64,000 bases of DNA from Bdellovibrionales bacterium (GCA_964230645.1 CAXRHT010000003.1:96001-160000), one strand, 5' to 3'; shown: positions 47,819 to 57,348, counted from the first letter of the stretch. Notes: a model not told the origin generated them from the sequence alone. A program made the numbers and translations.

Positions 47819-48605
47819 TAAATCTCCTTAGTTGAAATTCTCCAGTATAAACAAGTTCGGCGGGACCTAATAAAGACACTTCTTTATCGTTGATTTCGAC
47901 TTGAAGCTCTCCTCCGGGGGCCACCAAATCATAAAACTGTTCTTCTTTTAAAGACTGCAGCACAAGGCTACTGGCAATGACTCCGGTACCGCAAGCCAAA
48001 GTAAAATCACAAACGCCTCTTTCAAATGTCTTTGTCTTGTTTGTCCCATTAGATTGATCCAGTAATGTTACATTGGTTTTGTGAGGAGCGAACTCAGGAT
48101 GATCTTGTAACTTCTGGCAGACTTCCTTTGAAATCTTGTCGCCTTTATTGAGCAGTACAAAATGAGGGACGCCAGTATTCACAAAAAATCCATCCCAGGC
48201 ATTACCGTCAATATTTAAAGTCTTTTCTTCCAGATCTGCGGATTGGAGTTGCCAGGTGACCTTAGCAGACTCTTCAAGAGCTTCACCAACGAGCGTTCCG
48301 CAGAGAGCTTCCATTGTCGCTGTTTTGACATTGTGAATCTTGTGAATAAATTGGAAAGCACAGCGAGCCGCGTTTCCACACATTTCAGCACTTGAACCAT
48401 CACTATTAAAGAAATGCCATTTGAATTCTTTATCGAGCAGGGAGATCGTTTCAACAACGACTAGGCCGTCAGCCCCTATCCCAAAATGACGATCACACAT
48501 TTCGCGACTGAGTTCAGAGAGGTCCATCGAGCGAAAAGGAGGTTGAAACTCAAGAAAAACAAAGTCATTTCCAGCTCCCACATATTTATGAAAGGGAATG
48601 CTCAT
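47811..48605 (-). CDS. dapF: Diaminopimelate epimerase
   Basis: GAGNDF, RHFGIGADG, EMCGN and ERG...TLACGTG motifs. Confidence 0.97.
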   Translation of the reverse strand: MSIPFHKYVGAGNDFVFLEFQPPFRSMDLSELSREMCDRHFGIGADGLVVVETISLLDKEFKWHFFNSDGSSAEMCGNAARCAFQFIHKIHNVKTATMEALCGTLVGEALEESAKVTWQLQSADLEEKTLNIDGNAWDGFFVNTGVPHFVLLNKGDKISKEVCQKLQDHPEFAPHKTNVTLLDQSNGTNKTKTFERGVCDFTLACGTGVIASSLVLQSLKEEQFYDLVAPGGELQVEINDKEVSLLGPAELVYTGEFQLRRFNV

Positions 48606-48781
48606 TTTTTTTCCTTTTGTTCTTCATCCTCTTTGAGGTCTTTGTTGAGCTCAGCATCAACACCCTTATATTGGGGCTTACCGATACCCATTTCTCTTGG
48701 TTTTTCAGGGGGGACAGGTTTTCCCTTCACTCCACAGGAGCCCAGACTTAAAAAACAAAGAAAAAGGCAAAGATTTTTCAT
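48602..48781 (-). CDS. lptM: LptM/YifL-family small lipoprotein (not in ORF track)
   Basis: Manual translation gives MKNLCLFLCFLSLGSCGVKGKPVPPEKPREMGIGKPQYKGVDAELNKDLKEDEEQKEKK. It has a lipobox with the CGxKG motif, and its stop overlaps the dapF start (ATGA). Confidence 0.75.
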   Translation of the reverse strand: MKNLCLFLCFLSLGSCGVKGKPVPPEKPREMGIGKPQYKGVDAELNKDLKEDEEQKEKK

Positions 48782-48953
48782 GTCCCATACCTACAGCGAC
48801 TGTCCTTAAAATTCAACTATTTGCAGGAATAATGCCGCTCTTTTCCCCTATCAAAGAGATATCAAGCTGGACTTCTAAAATCTGTAATCTGTTTGCGATG
48901 GCCATTTTGCAGGTGGCAATTAATTGTAGTGATGGTGAGATCGAAGAAAGAAA

Positions 48954-51275
48954 CTAAGCTCTTTCTTCGTAGGAGTTCACGAGAACTTGGCGGGGTTTAG
49001 AGCCATTCGCCGGTCCGATGACACCCTCTCGTTCCATAGTCTCGATGAGACGGGCCGCGCGAGGATATCCGATTCGGAATTTTCTTTGAATTAGTGAAGC
49101 GCTCACCTCTTTCATTGAAGACGTCCAAGCCACAATTTCGTCGTACTTATCGTCATATTCCTCTTGGTCTTCGTCGAATCCGGCGGCTCCAACACTTCCG
49201 GAGGAGGTGCTCGTCATTTTGATCGCGGTTTCATTGTATTCAGGCTCTCCTTGGGCGGACCAGTAATCCATTACAGACCCAATTTCATCCTCGGTCACCC
49301 ATGGACCATGATGACGGATTGGTTTTGCCACGCCAGGAGCTAAAAAGAGCATGTCTCCACGGGCAAGCAATCGCTCACCACCGGATTCATCAAGAATGAT
49401 TCGAGAGTCCATTTTACTGGCCACTTTAAAACTGATTCGACCCGGAATGTTCGTCTTAATAAGTCCGGTGACGACATCTTTACGGGGAGATTGCATGGCT
49501 AAAATGAGATGAATTCCACTGGCTCGAGCCATCTGGGCAAGGCGAACAACAAGCTGTTCCACATTGGCCTTATCAACAGCCATGAGATCACCAAATTCTT
49601 CAACGACAACGACGATATAGGGTTGAGGTGTAAAATAATAACTTTCGTTGTGACGGTTTTGCTGTTCAAGCTCCTCATTGAAGGCCTGGTGTTGAGCCAC
49701 CTTTTCTTTATCGAAATCGCCCACTTTGGAATTAAAGGCTTCGAGTCCACGGCTACCAAATTTTGACATCGATCGATATCTTTTCTCCATTTCTTTAACA
49801 GCCCACTTCAACGCGCCCACAGCCTTTTTAGGTTCGCAAATAGTAGGCATTAAAAGGTGAGGAATATCATTAAATGTGGAGAGGTCCACCTGCTTTGGAT
49901 CGATGAGGATAAGACGAAGTGTTTTAGGAGAATGACGAAAAAGGAGCCCCGTTAATGAACATACAACAAAAACCGACTTCCCCGAGCCTGTTGTTCCAGC
50001 CACAAGCAAGTGGGGCATTTTTCTTAGATCGACAACTTTTGGAGTTCCATTGGCTTCACGTCCCAGGGCCATTGGAAGTTTTACGTCATCAGACCAAAAA
50101 TCGTCATTGGCGATAATGTCTTTTAGATAAACGGTCTCTCTTTTAGCGTTAGATGTTTCAATTCCAACGACATCACGACCAGGAATCGGAGCGATGATTC
50201 TAACGGACTCACTACTGAGTGCTAATGAAAGGTCATCGGCCAGCTCAGTAATTTTACTAATTTTCACGTGTGCCTCAGGTTTGAATTCAAACATAGTTAC
50301 AGCCGGGCCTGGTTTGGCTCCCTTAACTTCACCTTTTACCGAAAATTGCGAAAGCTTATCAACGAGAATGAGAGATTTTTTCTGAACCTCGGCTTGGTCC
50401 ACTCGATACCTCGAAGCCGGTGGATCTTCGAGCATTTTTATTTCAGGAAGTTTCCAATTGGCGATTTTTCTTTGAACCACCTTTTTCATTTTAACTCGGC
50501 GTTTTTTGGGAGCTCTGTGAGTTTCTTCCGTTTCTTCTTCGACCTCAATGTCCTCTTCATAATTATACTCGGGAGTCGGCTCTTCGTTGAAGGGAGCGGG
50601 GTCATTATTAAATATGGTGGGTATCTGCGTTGAACGAACTCTAGAAATGGTTTTTCGACTCGTGCCACCAACAAAATCGAGACACTTGCGAAGAGCTGAT
50701 AAAAAGAACTCCTGTAGCTTAACGAATAGAACCTTTCCAAAGAAATGGCTACGATTGATGCCTTGTAAAAGATCCCAGTCCGTTACAGACAGCACACAGA
50801 TGACGATAAATCCACTCAGAAATAAAGTGGCGCCGTATTGATTGAGGCCTTTAGTGAGGAGAAGAGATAAAAAGGAACCAATGGTTCCTCCCACACTCAC
50901 CATACCTTGATGGAAACGCACTTGGTTAAAATATATTTCTGCTAAAGTGGCGGAACTAATTAAAAGAAAGATAAGCCAAATCTGTTTTTTTATCTTTTGG
51001 CCTTCGGATTTTTTCTGTAAAACCTTATAGCTCATAATAAAAAGAAAGATGACGAAAACCCAAGAGCTCATGCCGAAAAATTGGTACAGAAAATCAGAGG
51101 AAAAACTCCCAAAATAGCCACACCAATTTTTAGGTCCGCTTTGTGTGCCAAGAGAGTTCCAAGAGGGGTCATTGGGATTGTAACTATAAAGAGATAAGCC
51201 CAGGGCAAGACTTAAGAACAGCCATATAATGGAGACAATATCATTTCGAAGATCAGAGAAGCGTTTAAGATTCAT
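48954..51275 (-). CDS. ftsK: DNA translocase FtsK
   Basis: N-terminal TM domain, PHLLVAGTTGSGKS and gamma domain QRKFRIGYPRAARL. Confidence 0.97.
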   Translation of the reverse strand: MNLKRFSDLRNDIVSIIWLFLSLALGLSLYSYNPNDPSWNSLGTQSGPKNWCGYFGSFSSDFLYQFFGMSSWVFVIFLFIMSYKVLQKKSEGQKIKKQIWLIFLLISSATLAEIYFNQVRFHQGMVSVGGTIGSFLSLLLTKGLNQYGATLFLSGFIVICVLSVTDWDLLQGINRSHFFGKVLFVKLQEFFLSALRKCLDFVGGTSRKTISRVRSTQIPTIFNNDPAPFNEEPTPEYNYEEDIEVEEETEETHRAPKKRRVKMKKVVQRKIANWKLPEIKMLEDPPASRYRVDQAEVQKKSLILVDKLSQFSVKGEVKGAKPGPAVTMFEFKPEAHVKISKITELADDLSLALSSESVRIIAPIPGRDVVGIETSNAKRETVYLKDIIANDDFWSDDVKLPMALGREANGTPKVVDLRKMPHLLVAGTTGSGKSVFVVCSLTGLLFRHSPKTLRLILIDPKQVDLSTFNDIPHLLMPTICEPKKAVGALKWAVKEMEKRYRSMSKFGSRGLEAFNSKVGDFDKEKVAQHQAFNEELEQQNRHNESYYFTPQPYIVVVVEEFGDLMAVDKANVEQLVVRLAQMARASGIHLILAMQSPRKDVVTGLIKTNIPGRISFKVASKMDSRIILDESGGERLLARGDMLFLAPGVAKPIRHHGPWVTEDEIGSVMDYWSAQGEPEYNETAIKMTSTSSGSVGAAGFDEDQEEYDDKYDEIVAWTSSMKEVSASLIQRKFRIGYPRAARLIETMEREGVIGPANGSKPRQVLVNSYEERA

Positions 51276-51751
51276 AGTTTAAGTTTAAGTCTTTTTTTTG
51301 ATAAATGCAGTAATGGGTAGGAAGAATGGGGCCTTTCACTGCACTCTAGTCCAGTGAAACAATAACTTTTATCTGCACGGGCTTCGGTTTTTTCTGAATA
51401 AATTGAAGCGTTCTTTAGTAAAAAAACAAACCTTAAAATGTCGGATAGCGTTTTCGAATTTAATGAATCCTGTTTTTGGATTGAGAACTAATTAAGAAAG
51501 ATCAAGATTTTTTTGAACCTAAATTTGTAAAAATAAAAAAAAGTCTTTCATGACAAATGCAGAATCATCCATTAAGTTGCATCCAGTAAAAGCGATCGAA
51601 TCAATGGTGGCTTTGTTTTCCACAGATTTGTCAACATCGAAAAAGGGAAAATTAAGGCAAGATTTTTTTTTTTCATGTTGCGGAGAACAAAGTTTGCATT
51701 TCTGATTTTGTCGGAATATTTAAATCATCCGCTTGTAATATTGGGAGTGTC

Positions 51752-52051
51752 ATGGAAAATTTTGAAACTCAACGTGATCATCTGTACGTTACAAATCTTC
51801 AATCAACGAGCTTGGAGCACCTAGTTAAGAGCAAGCTGTCTTTGTTGTTTGAACAACAAAAACAAGCTGACGTCGAGCTGAATGGTCTTCACAAACTCAT
51901 CATTGAACAAGTGGAGAAGCCATTGATTGAGCTTTCTCTACGTCAGTATAACGGCAATCAAGTCAAGGCTGCCAAATTGCTTGGTATCAACAGAAATACC
52001 TTGAAAAAGAAAATCGACACATACAAAATCGAAATTAAGAAGCACCACTAG
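51752..52051 (+). CDS. fis: Fis-family DNA-binding protein
   Basis: VEKPLI...L....GNQVKAAKLLGINRNTLKKK HTH in a stand-alone 99-aa protein. Confidence 0.85.
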   Translation: MENFETQRDHLYVTNLQSTSLEHLVKSKLSLLFEQQKQADVELNGLHKLIIEQVEKPLIELSLRQYNGNQVKAAKLLGINRNTLKKKIDTYKIEIKKHH

Positions 52052-52149
52052 CACAAAGTCATCAGCGAGCTCATCTTAGGTCCTCATCATGAAAAGGCTC
52101 GCTCTCTTGTGAACCGGTACGGTCATTCGTTCGAAATTGGGGACTTCCT

Positions 52150-53565
52150 ATGGATATGCGCAAACCACCAAGTAATTTAGAGGCTGAGAAGTCAATTCTT
52201 GGTGGCCTGATGGTGCAACCTGATATATTTGAGGTTGTCTCCGATATTCTGGTTCCCACCGATTTCTATAAACTGGTTCATCAAAAGCTCTACAAGGTTA
52301 TGTTAGATCTCCATAACCGCCGTGAACCTATTGATATCGTTACAGTTTCAAATGAGCTCAATTCCCGCAAAGAGCTTGAGCAAATCGGTGGATCCGCCGT
52401 CTTAGCTGAAATTATGAATGAAGGGCCTACGGCCATTAATATTCATCAATACGCTAAAATCGTGAAAGAAAAATCTCTCAGCCGAGAGTTGATCAATACC
52501 AGCACCGAAATTTTAAACAAAGCCTATGATCAAGACTATGAAAATTTTGATGCCTTTTTGGATGAGTCGGAAGGCAAGTTTTTCAAGATTGGTCAAAAAA
52601 GAGAAGAGTCTGGAGGCTTGGTGGGGGCCGCTGAGCTTATCAAGGTGAGTATTGATAAATTAACAGAACTCTCTGCTCGTAAGGAAGATATTACGGGTAT
52701 TGTTTCTGGCTTTAGCCATTTAGATAAAATGACAGCTGGGTTCCAACGTGGGGATATGGTCATTATCGCTGCAAGACCCTCAATGGGAAAAACAGCCTTC
52801 AGCTTAAACGTAGCGCTTAACGCGGCTCTTCATAATAAAAAGCACGTCGCTTTTTTCTCAGTGGAGATGGCTAAAGAACAGTTGATGATGAGGATGCTAG
52901 CCACAGAAGCTCGCATAAATATGTCTGATTTAAAAGTGGGGCGAATTAAAGACAATGATTGGCCACGCCTGATCGATAAGGCCTCCCAGCTAGGAGAGGC
53001 CAATCTTTATATCGATGATACCAGTGGTATTTCACCCCAAGAAATACGTTCAAAATGTCGAAGAATGAAACAGCAGCATGGACTGGATATGATCCTCATC
53101 GATTATCTGCAGATCATGAAACTTCGTCAGCGTATTGAAAGTCGAGAACGAGAGGTCGCAGAAATTTCAAGAAGTTTAAAGGCGATCGCTAAAGAATTGG
53201 AAGTTCCTGTCATTGCTTTGGCTCAGTTGAACCGAGGTGTTGAAGGGCGAACGGGAGACTCTCGTAAACCAGTTCTTTCAGATTTGCGTGAATCCGGGTC
53301 CATTGAGCAAGACGCTGATTTAATTATGATGCTCTACAGAGAAGAGTACTATGAGCCGGACAATCCAGACATCAAGGGTAAGGCCGATTTGCTGGTTAGA
53401 AAGCATCGTAACGGTCCCGTAGGAGAGTTGGAGTTAAAGTGGGAGGCACAGTATGGACGCTTTTCCGTTTGGCAAAACAACTCACCACAGGGTCCTCAGC
53501 CGCCACCCCCTACACCGATTACCTCCGGCAAACCTAAAAACTTTGCTCCTCAGGTAGGTGGGTAG
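52150..53565 (+). CDS. dnaB: Replicative DNA helicase
   Basis: AARPSMGKT, IDYLQ, AQLNR, DLRESGSIEQDAD and KHRNGP motifs. Confidence 0.98.
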   Translation: MDMRKPPSNLEAEKSILGGLMVQPDIFEVVSDILVPTDFYKLVHQKLYKVMLDLHNRREPIDIVTVSNELNSRKELEQIGGSAVLAEIMNEGPTAINIHQYAKIVKEKSLSRELINTSTEILNKAYDQDYENFDAFLDESEGKFFKIGQKREESGGLVGAAELIKVSIDKLTELSARKEDITGIVSGFSHLDKMTAGFQRGDMVIIAARPSMGKTAFSLNVALNAALHNKKHVAFFSVEMAKEQLMMRMLATEARINMSDLKVGRIKDNDWPRLIDKASQLGEANLYIDDTSGISPQEIRSKCRRMKQQHGLDMILIDYLQIMKLRQRIESREREVAEISRSLKAIAKELEVPVIALAQLNRGVEGRTGDSRKPVLSDLRESGSIEQDADLIMMLYREEYYEPDNPDIKGKADLLVRKHRNGPVGELELKWEAQYGRFSVWQNNSPQGPQPPPPTPITSGKPKNFAPQVGG

Positions 53566-54512
53566 TGAAAGAAATCACAATTGCTGTGATTTTTTTTAAT
53601 GAGCAAGGCAACCTCCCTCGACTGCTAAAATCTTTTGAAGCGCAATTAAAAGAACCAATGAATGCTTCTTTCGATCTTTTATTTATTAATAATTCATCCA
53701 CAGATCACTCCAAAGTGATCGTAGAAAATTGGATAGAATCGAATTCTCAGTTCTCTTGTAAACTTATTACTCGGAAAAAGAATCAACTTTCAGAGGCAAG
53801 GCAGCAAGCGGCCGAGCTCTGTCAAACCCATTGGCTGGTCTATGTGGATGCCGACACCGAGCTTGATTGGGACTGGGCTCAAGGAATACTCACTACCTAT
53901 AGAGACCTTGCTACAAATGCCATAGGGATTGGTGGAAAAAGTTATTTCGTTCCCACCCAGCCTTGGCACAAATGGGTTGTGCCGCTGGCCGAGCTTTTTC
54001 CACTGGGAAAATCAAAGGACATTGTCGAAGTCGATCATGTGCCAACAAACAATTATCTAGTCAATGTGAAACACCTGCTTGAGGTGGGAGGATTCGACCA
54101 AAGATTTTTCAATGTGGGAGAAGATTTAGATCTTAATATTCGTTTAAGGAATCAGGGGTCAATTTATTACAGCGAAAACTTTTCTGTAAAACATTTTCTT
54201 CCCGTTAACCAAACACAGTGGTTTAAAAAAATGTTTCGTTATGGCTGGGCGCAGTCATTTGTCGCCATGAAAAATCGCGGAGGGATTTCCCCATTAAAAG
54301 CACTACCATTCCTTTTTCTGATTATTCTTGGAGTGAGTCTTTTCTATCAGACCTTTGTGGTTGGTTTGATTCTAATTTGTAGCCTTTTTTTTCCGAGACT
54401 TCGCTTCTACCTTCTCAGTTTTTTATTTTATGGCATAGGAGAGACCTACGGTGGTATCGATTATATATTGAAAGCTCAGTTTAAAGGACGATCACCGGTA
54501 CCGTCGACATAG
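53565..54512 (+). CDS. GT2-family glycosyltransferase with C-terminal TM helices
   Basis: FNE, NNSSTD, VDAD (DxD) and GGFD..F..GED.DL motifs; GTG start shares a base with the dnaB stop. Confidence 0.88.
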   Translation: MKEITIAVIFFNEQGNLPRLLKSFEAQLKEPMNASFDLLFINNSSTDHSKVIVENWIESNSQFSCKLITRKKNQLSEARQQAAELCQTHWLVYVDADTELDWDWAQGILTTYRDLATNAIGIGGKSYFVPTQPWHKWVVPLAELFPLGKSKDIVEVDHVPTNNYLVNVKHLLEVGGFDQRFFNVGEDLDLNIRLRNQGSIYYSENFSVKHFLPVNQTQWFKKMFRYGWAQSFVAMKNRGGISPLKALPFLFLIILGVSLFYQTFVVGLILICSLFFPRLRFYLLSFLFYGIGETYGGIDYILKAQFKGRSPVPST

Positions 54513-54793
54513 AAAATTATAGTCTTAATTTTCTAAAAATAAATTTCCACAAATATAAAAGAAGCCGGATTTTTTGAACTTTTTGAGAGGTGTCATCTAG
54601 TTTAGCTCTAGATTCGTGAAATCAAGCTAGCAGTGACCTAAAGAAAATTGAGCCAATCCTTTTTGGCGATGAAATCAATTCTCAATGAGAGTGAGGGCAC
54701 CTTCAAAAATAAAATTTTCCCAACATATTCTCTTCTCGTGTTTGCTTTGTATTACCATTTTTCCTATTATAAGAGCCTTCAATAAAGGCAGTT

Positions 54794-55525
54794 ATGATTC
54801 AAAGTCTCTCGATTATCATGCCCTGTTTCAACGAACAGGAGGCCATTCCAAATGTTCTTCCAAGAACTCTACAATCACTTAATGATTTGAAAGTCTCTGG
54901 AAAGATTAAAGATTTTGAACTGATCGTTGTGAATGATAAGTCCACAGACAAATCTGTGGAGCAGATAAAAAAGTTTAAAAATGTAAAACTGGTTCATACC
55001 AATGGAACGGGAAGAGGCTATGGTAAGGCCTTGAAAGAGGGTTTTAAAGCCGCCCAGTCCGAGTGGATAGGGTTTCTGGATATGGACAATAGTTATCGTC
55101 CCGAGGACCTTCCACTATTTATTGATGAAATTGATAAGGGGCAAAGTGATTTTATTATGGGTCAAAGAAGTTTGGCTGAACAAGGAATGAGCTTTACAAG
55201 AGGTATTGGTAATTGGCTCTACGTTGTCTTGTCCCGTTGGTTTTATAATTCCTATCTATCCGATGTCTGTAGCGGTTATCGCATTTTTCATCGCCGACAC
55301 CTCGGAGATATTCTCAATATCGAAGAGGATGGTTTAAACTTTTCCATTCAACTGACTCTAGAGATGATTGGCCAGAAAAACCTTATTGCTCCAATTCCTA
55401 TCCAATACGATGAACGTCTTGGTGAATCGAAACTTTCTGTTTTGAGCGATGGTCTGGCATTTTTAAAAGTAATATTAACCGCCAAGTTGAGGCAAGCCCG
55501 TGCTTTTAAGCATAGTCGAGTGTAG
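54794..55525 (+). CDS. GT2 glycosyltransferase, polyprenol-phosphate (DPM-synthase-like) type
   Basis: IIMPCFNE, VNDKSTD, RGYGKALKEG, DMD, D..SGYR and R.GESK motifs. Confidence 0.9.
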   Translation: MIQSLSIIMPCFNEQEAIPNVLPRTLQSLNDLKVSGKIKDFELIVVNDKSTDKSVEQIKKFKNVKLVHTNGTGRGYGKALKEGFKAAQSEWIGFLDMDNSYRPEDLPLFIDEIDKGQSDFIMGQRSLAEQGMSFTRGIGNWLYVVLSRWFYNSYLSDVCSGYRIFHRRHLGDILNIEEDGLNFSIQLTLEMIGQKNLIAPIPIQYDERLGESKLSVLSDGLAFLKVILTAKLRQARAFKHSRV

Positions 55526-56249
55526 TGATTATCGAAAATATCAAGGAAGAGGCGAGTGGGGTGAAATTCAAAAGTCCCAGGCTACCGAATTAATTGGACC
55601 CGTTGTTCATAAAAATATCGCTTCAATGCGAAACCTAGGAGCGTCTAAATCCACAGGTTCTTGGATTTTTTTTAAAGATCAAGACTGCCAAGTGGATTCC
55701 ATAAAGTTAATAGAATTAATAGAAAAATACTCTGACTATGATGTCATTGGGGGAGTTTACTCAAACTTTGAAACCACTTCCTATTACTCAAAAGTTTATC
55801 ACGAGATTCAAAGAAAATGGCTTTTGAAAGGTATTCTTAAAAAGGGAGAAGGTCTGCCACAAACAAAACATGTTTTGGGCGGTGCTCTGGCCATTAAGAA
55901 ATCGGTTCTTAAAGAGATGGGTGGGTTCTCAGAAAAAATTGGTTGGGGAGCAGAGGAGACCGAGCTTTTAGACCGATTGACCCAACAGAAAAAGAAAGTC
56001 GGTATTTGTTATTCCCTTAAGGTTCGACATAAACACAATATGGGTCTATTTGGCTTTATAAAAAGAGCGTGGAAACAAAACTTCAACCTCATCTATTACG
56101 TCAATCCCGAACCGCAAACGCCCCCTTTAAAGATTAATTATTTAAGATCAATACTCGTTCATCTGCCAGGAATTGCTCTCTTTTTCTCAGTGGCAAAAAT
56201 GGCTCAATCGACAGCCCTTATTCTTCGCAGTTTAAAGAGAATACGATGA
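55500..56249 (+). CDS. GT2-like glycosyltransferase with atypical N-terminus
   Basis: RNLGA..STGSWIFFKDQD and GGFSE...GAEETEL motifs; lacks the usual VIIP..N start. Confidence 0.75.
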   Translation: MLLSIVECSDYRKYQGRGEWGEIQKSQATELIGPVVHKNIASMRNLGASKSTGSWIFFKDQDCQVDSIKLIELIEKYSDYDVIGGVYSNFETTSYYSKVYHEIQRKWLLKGILKKGEGLPQTKHVLGGALAIKKSVLKEMGGFSEKIGWGAEETELLDRLTQQKKKVGICYSLKVRHKHNMGLFGFIKRAWKQNFNLIYYVNPEPQTPPLKINYLRSILVHLPGIALFFSVAKMAQSTALILRSLKRIR

Positions 56250-57247
56250 GCCTTCTACGGTCCTTATTTAATAAAAAACAAAAGATTTCCCAGCTAAAAC
56301 AGCCTTTCAATGCGGAAGTTTTATTTGTTTTATTTGATGTTTTTTATGTTTGTTTTGATGAGCCAAACAAAGAGGAAAATTGGCGTCAAATTAAAGCAAT
56401 AATTCCAAAAGCAAAAAAAGTTGAGGGAGTGGTTGGTTTTGACAACGCACTAAAGCAATGCGCGAAACTATCAAGCACGGAGTACTTTTTTCTAATAGAC
56501 GGTGACAACCAATTGATTGAAAGGCGTTTTCGAAGGTCCTTATCAATTGAAGGTTTACAAGATGACTGGGTTTTATCCTGGGCTTCACTTAATACAGTGA
56601 ACGGTCTAACCTATGGCAATGGCGGTCTCAAACTTTGGCCCAAGGAGGTCGCCCTGAGTATCAAATCTCATGAAAATGCCAACCAGGGAGATGATCAAAC
56701 AGATTACTGTTTTATTGCCTCTTATTATCTTATCGATGACTATGTCAGCCGGACCATTGTGAATAAAACTTTTCGTCAAGCTTTCCGCGCTGGTTTTAGA
56801 GAAGGTGTTAAGATGAGTCTTGCGTATGGAAAGCAAGTGGATTTTAGTAAAAAGAATTTTGAAGAAGCCTTGGGGCGCCAAAATCGATTGCGACTGAAAA
56901 TATGGTGCGAGGTGGGCTCGGATGTTATTAATGGCATGTGGGCCATCCTCGGTGCAAGAATGGGACTCTATTGCAATGCTGTAAAAAAATTCGACTACAG
57001 TAAAATTAATTCTTACGAATGGATAGAATCGTTACTGCAAGAAGAAGTTTTTAAACCTCTTGATGTTGAAATGAGCCAGGTTGAAAATCATGATTTCGAC
57101 GCGAGAAGGCTCTCACCACTTATTGAAAATTTTGGCAGAAAAATTACGGAAGCTCTCCCCTTAGAGTTAAAACTCCTTACGCCCATTGAAAGTTTGCAGT
57201 TTAAAGAGGACTTCAAAAACCCCCGTCGCTCGGGCCTACTCAGTTAA
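56246..57247 (+). CDS. Putative GT-A fold glycosyltransferase of a phage-associated type
   Basis: FDEPN.EENW, IDGDN (DxD), NGLTYGNGGLKLW, AFRAGFREGVKM and RL.IW..VG.D..NG.WAI.GAR.G motifs. Family assignment is from recall of similar motifs. Confidence 0.65.
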   Translation: MSLLRSLFNKKQKISQLKQPFNAEVLFVLFDVFYVCFDEPNKEENWRQIKAIIPKAKKVEGVVGFDNALKQCAKLSSTEYFFLIDGDNQLIERRFRRSLSIEGLQDDWVLSWASLNTVNGLTYGNGGLKLWPKEVALSIKSHENANQGDDQTDYCFIASYYLIDDYVSRTIVNKTFRQAFRAGFREGVKMSLAYGKQVDFSKKNFEEALGRQNRLRLKIWCEVGSDVINGMWAILGARMGLYCNAVKKFDYSKINSYEWIESLLQEEVFKPLDVEMSQVENHDFDARRLSPLIENFGRKITEALPLELKLLTPIESLQFKEDFKNPRRSGLLS

Positions 57248-57270
57248 TTTAATTTAAAAAAATAAATTGT

Positions 57271-57348
57271 TGGGAAAGGTCTGTATTCGAAACAAACAGT
57301 CTCGAGCTGAAAGACCGGTATTTGAGGGGGCCTCCACCCTCGACCTTT
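57271..57348 (-). ncRNA. Candidate tRNA-like structured element (not a canonical tRNA)
   Basis: 7-bp closing stem AAAGGTC/GACCTTT followed by C-CCA, three internal hairpins, one with a TTCGAAT loop. Confidence 0.3.

Noticed and set aside
57271..57348. Canonical tRNA, tRNA-Sec (CCTCAAA resembles the Sec anticodon loop), tmRNA or Y RNA
   Set aside because: There is no anticodon stem around TCA, invariant tRNA bases are missing, there is no Ala-type acceptor, and no Ro/sel genes are nearby. Kept only as a tRNA-like candidate.
53565..57348. Prophage or integrative element
   Set aside because: No integrase, transposase, structural genes or flanking direct repeats were seen.
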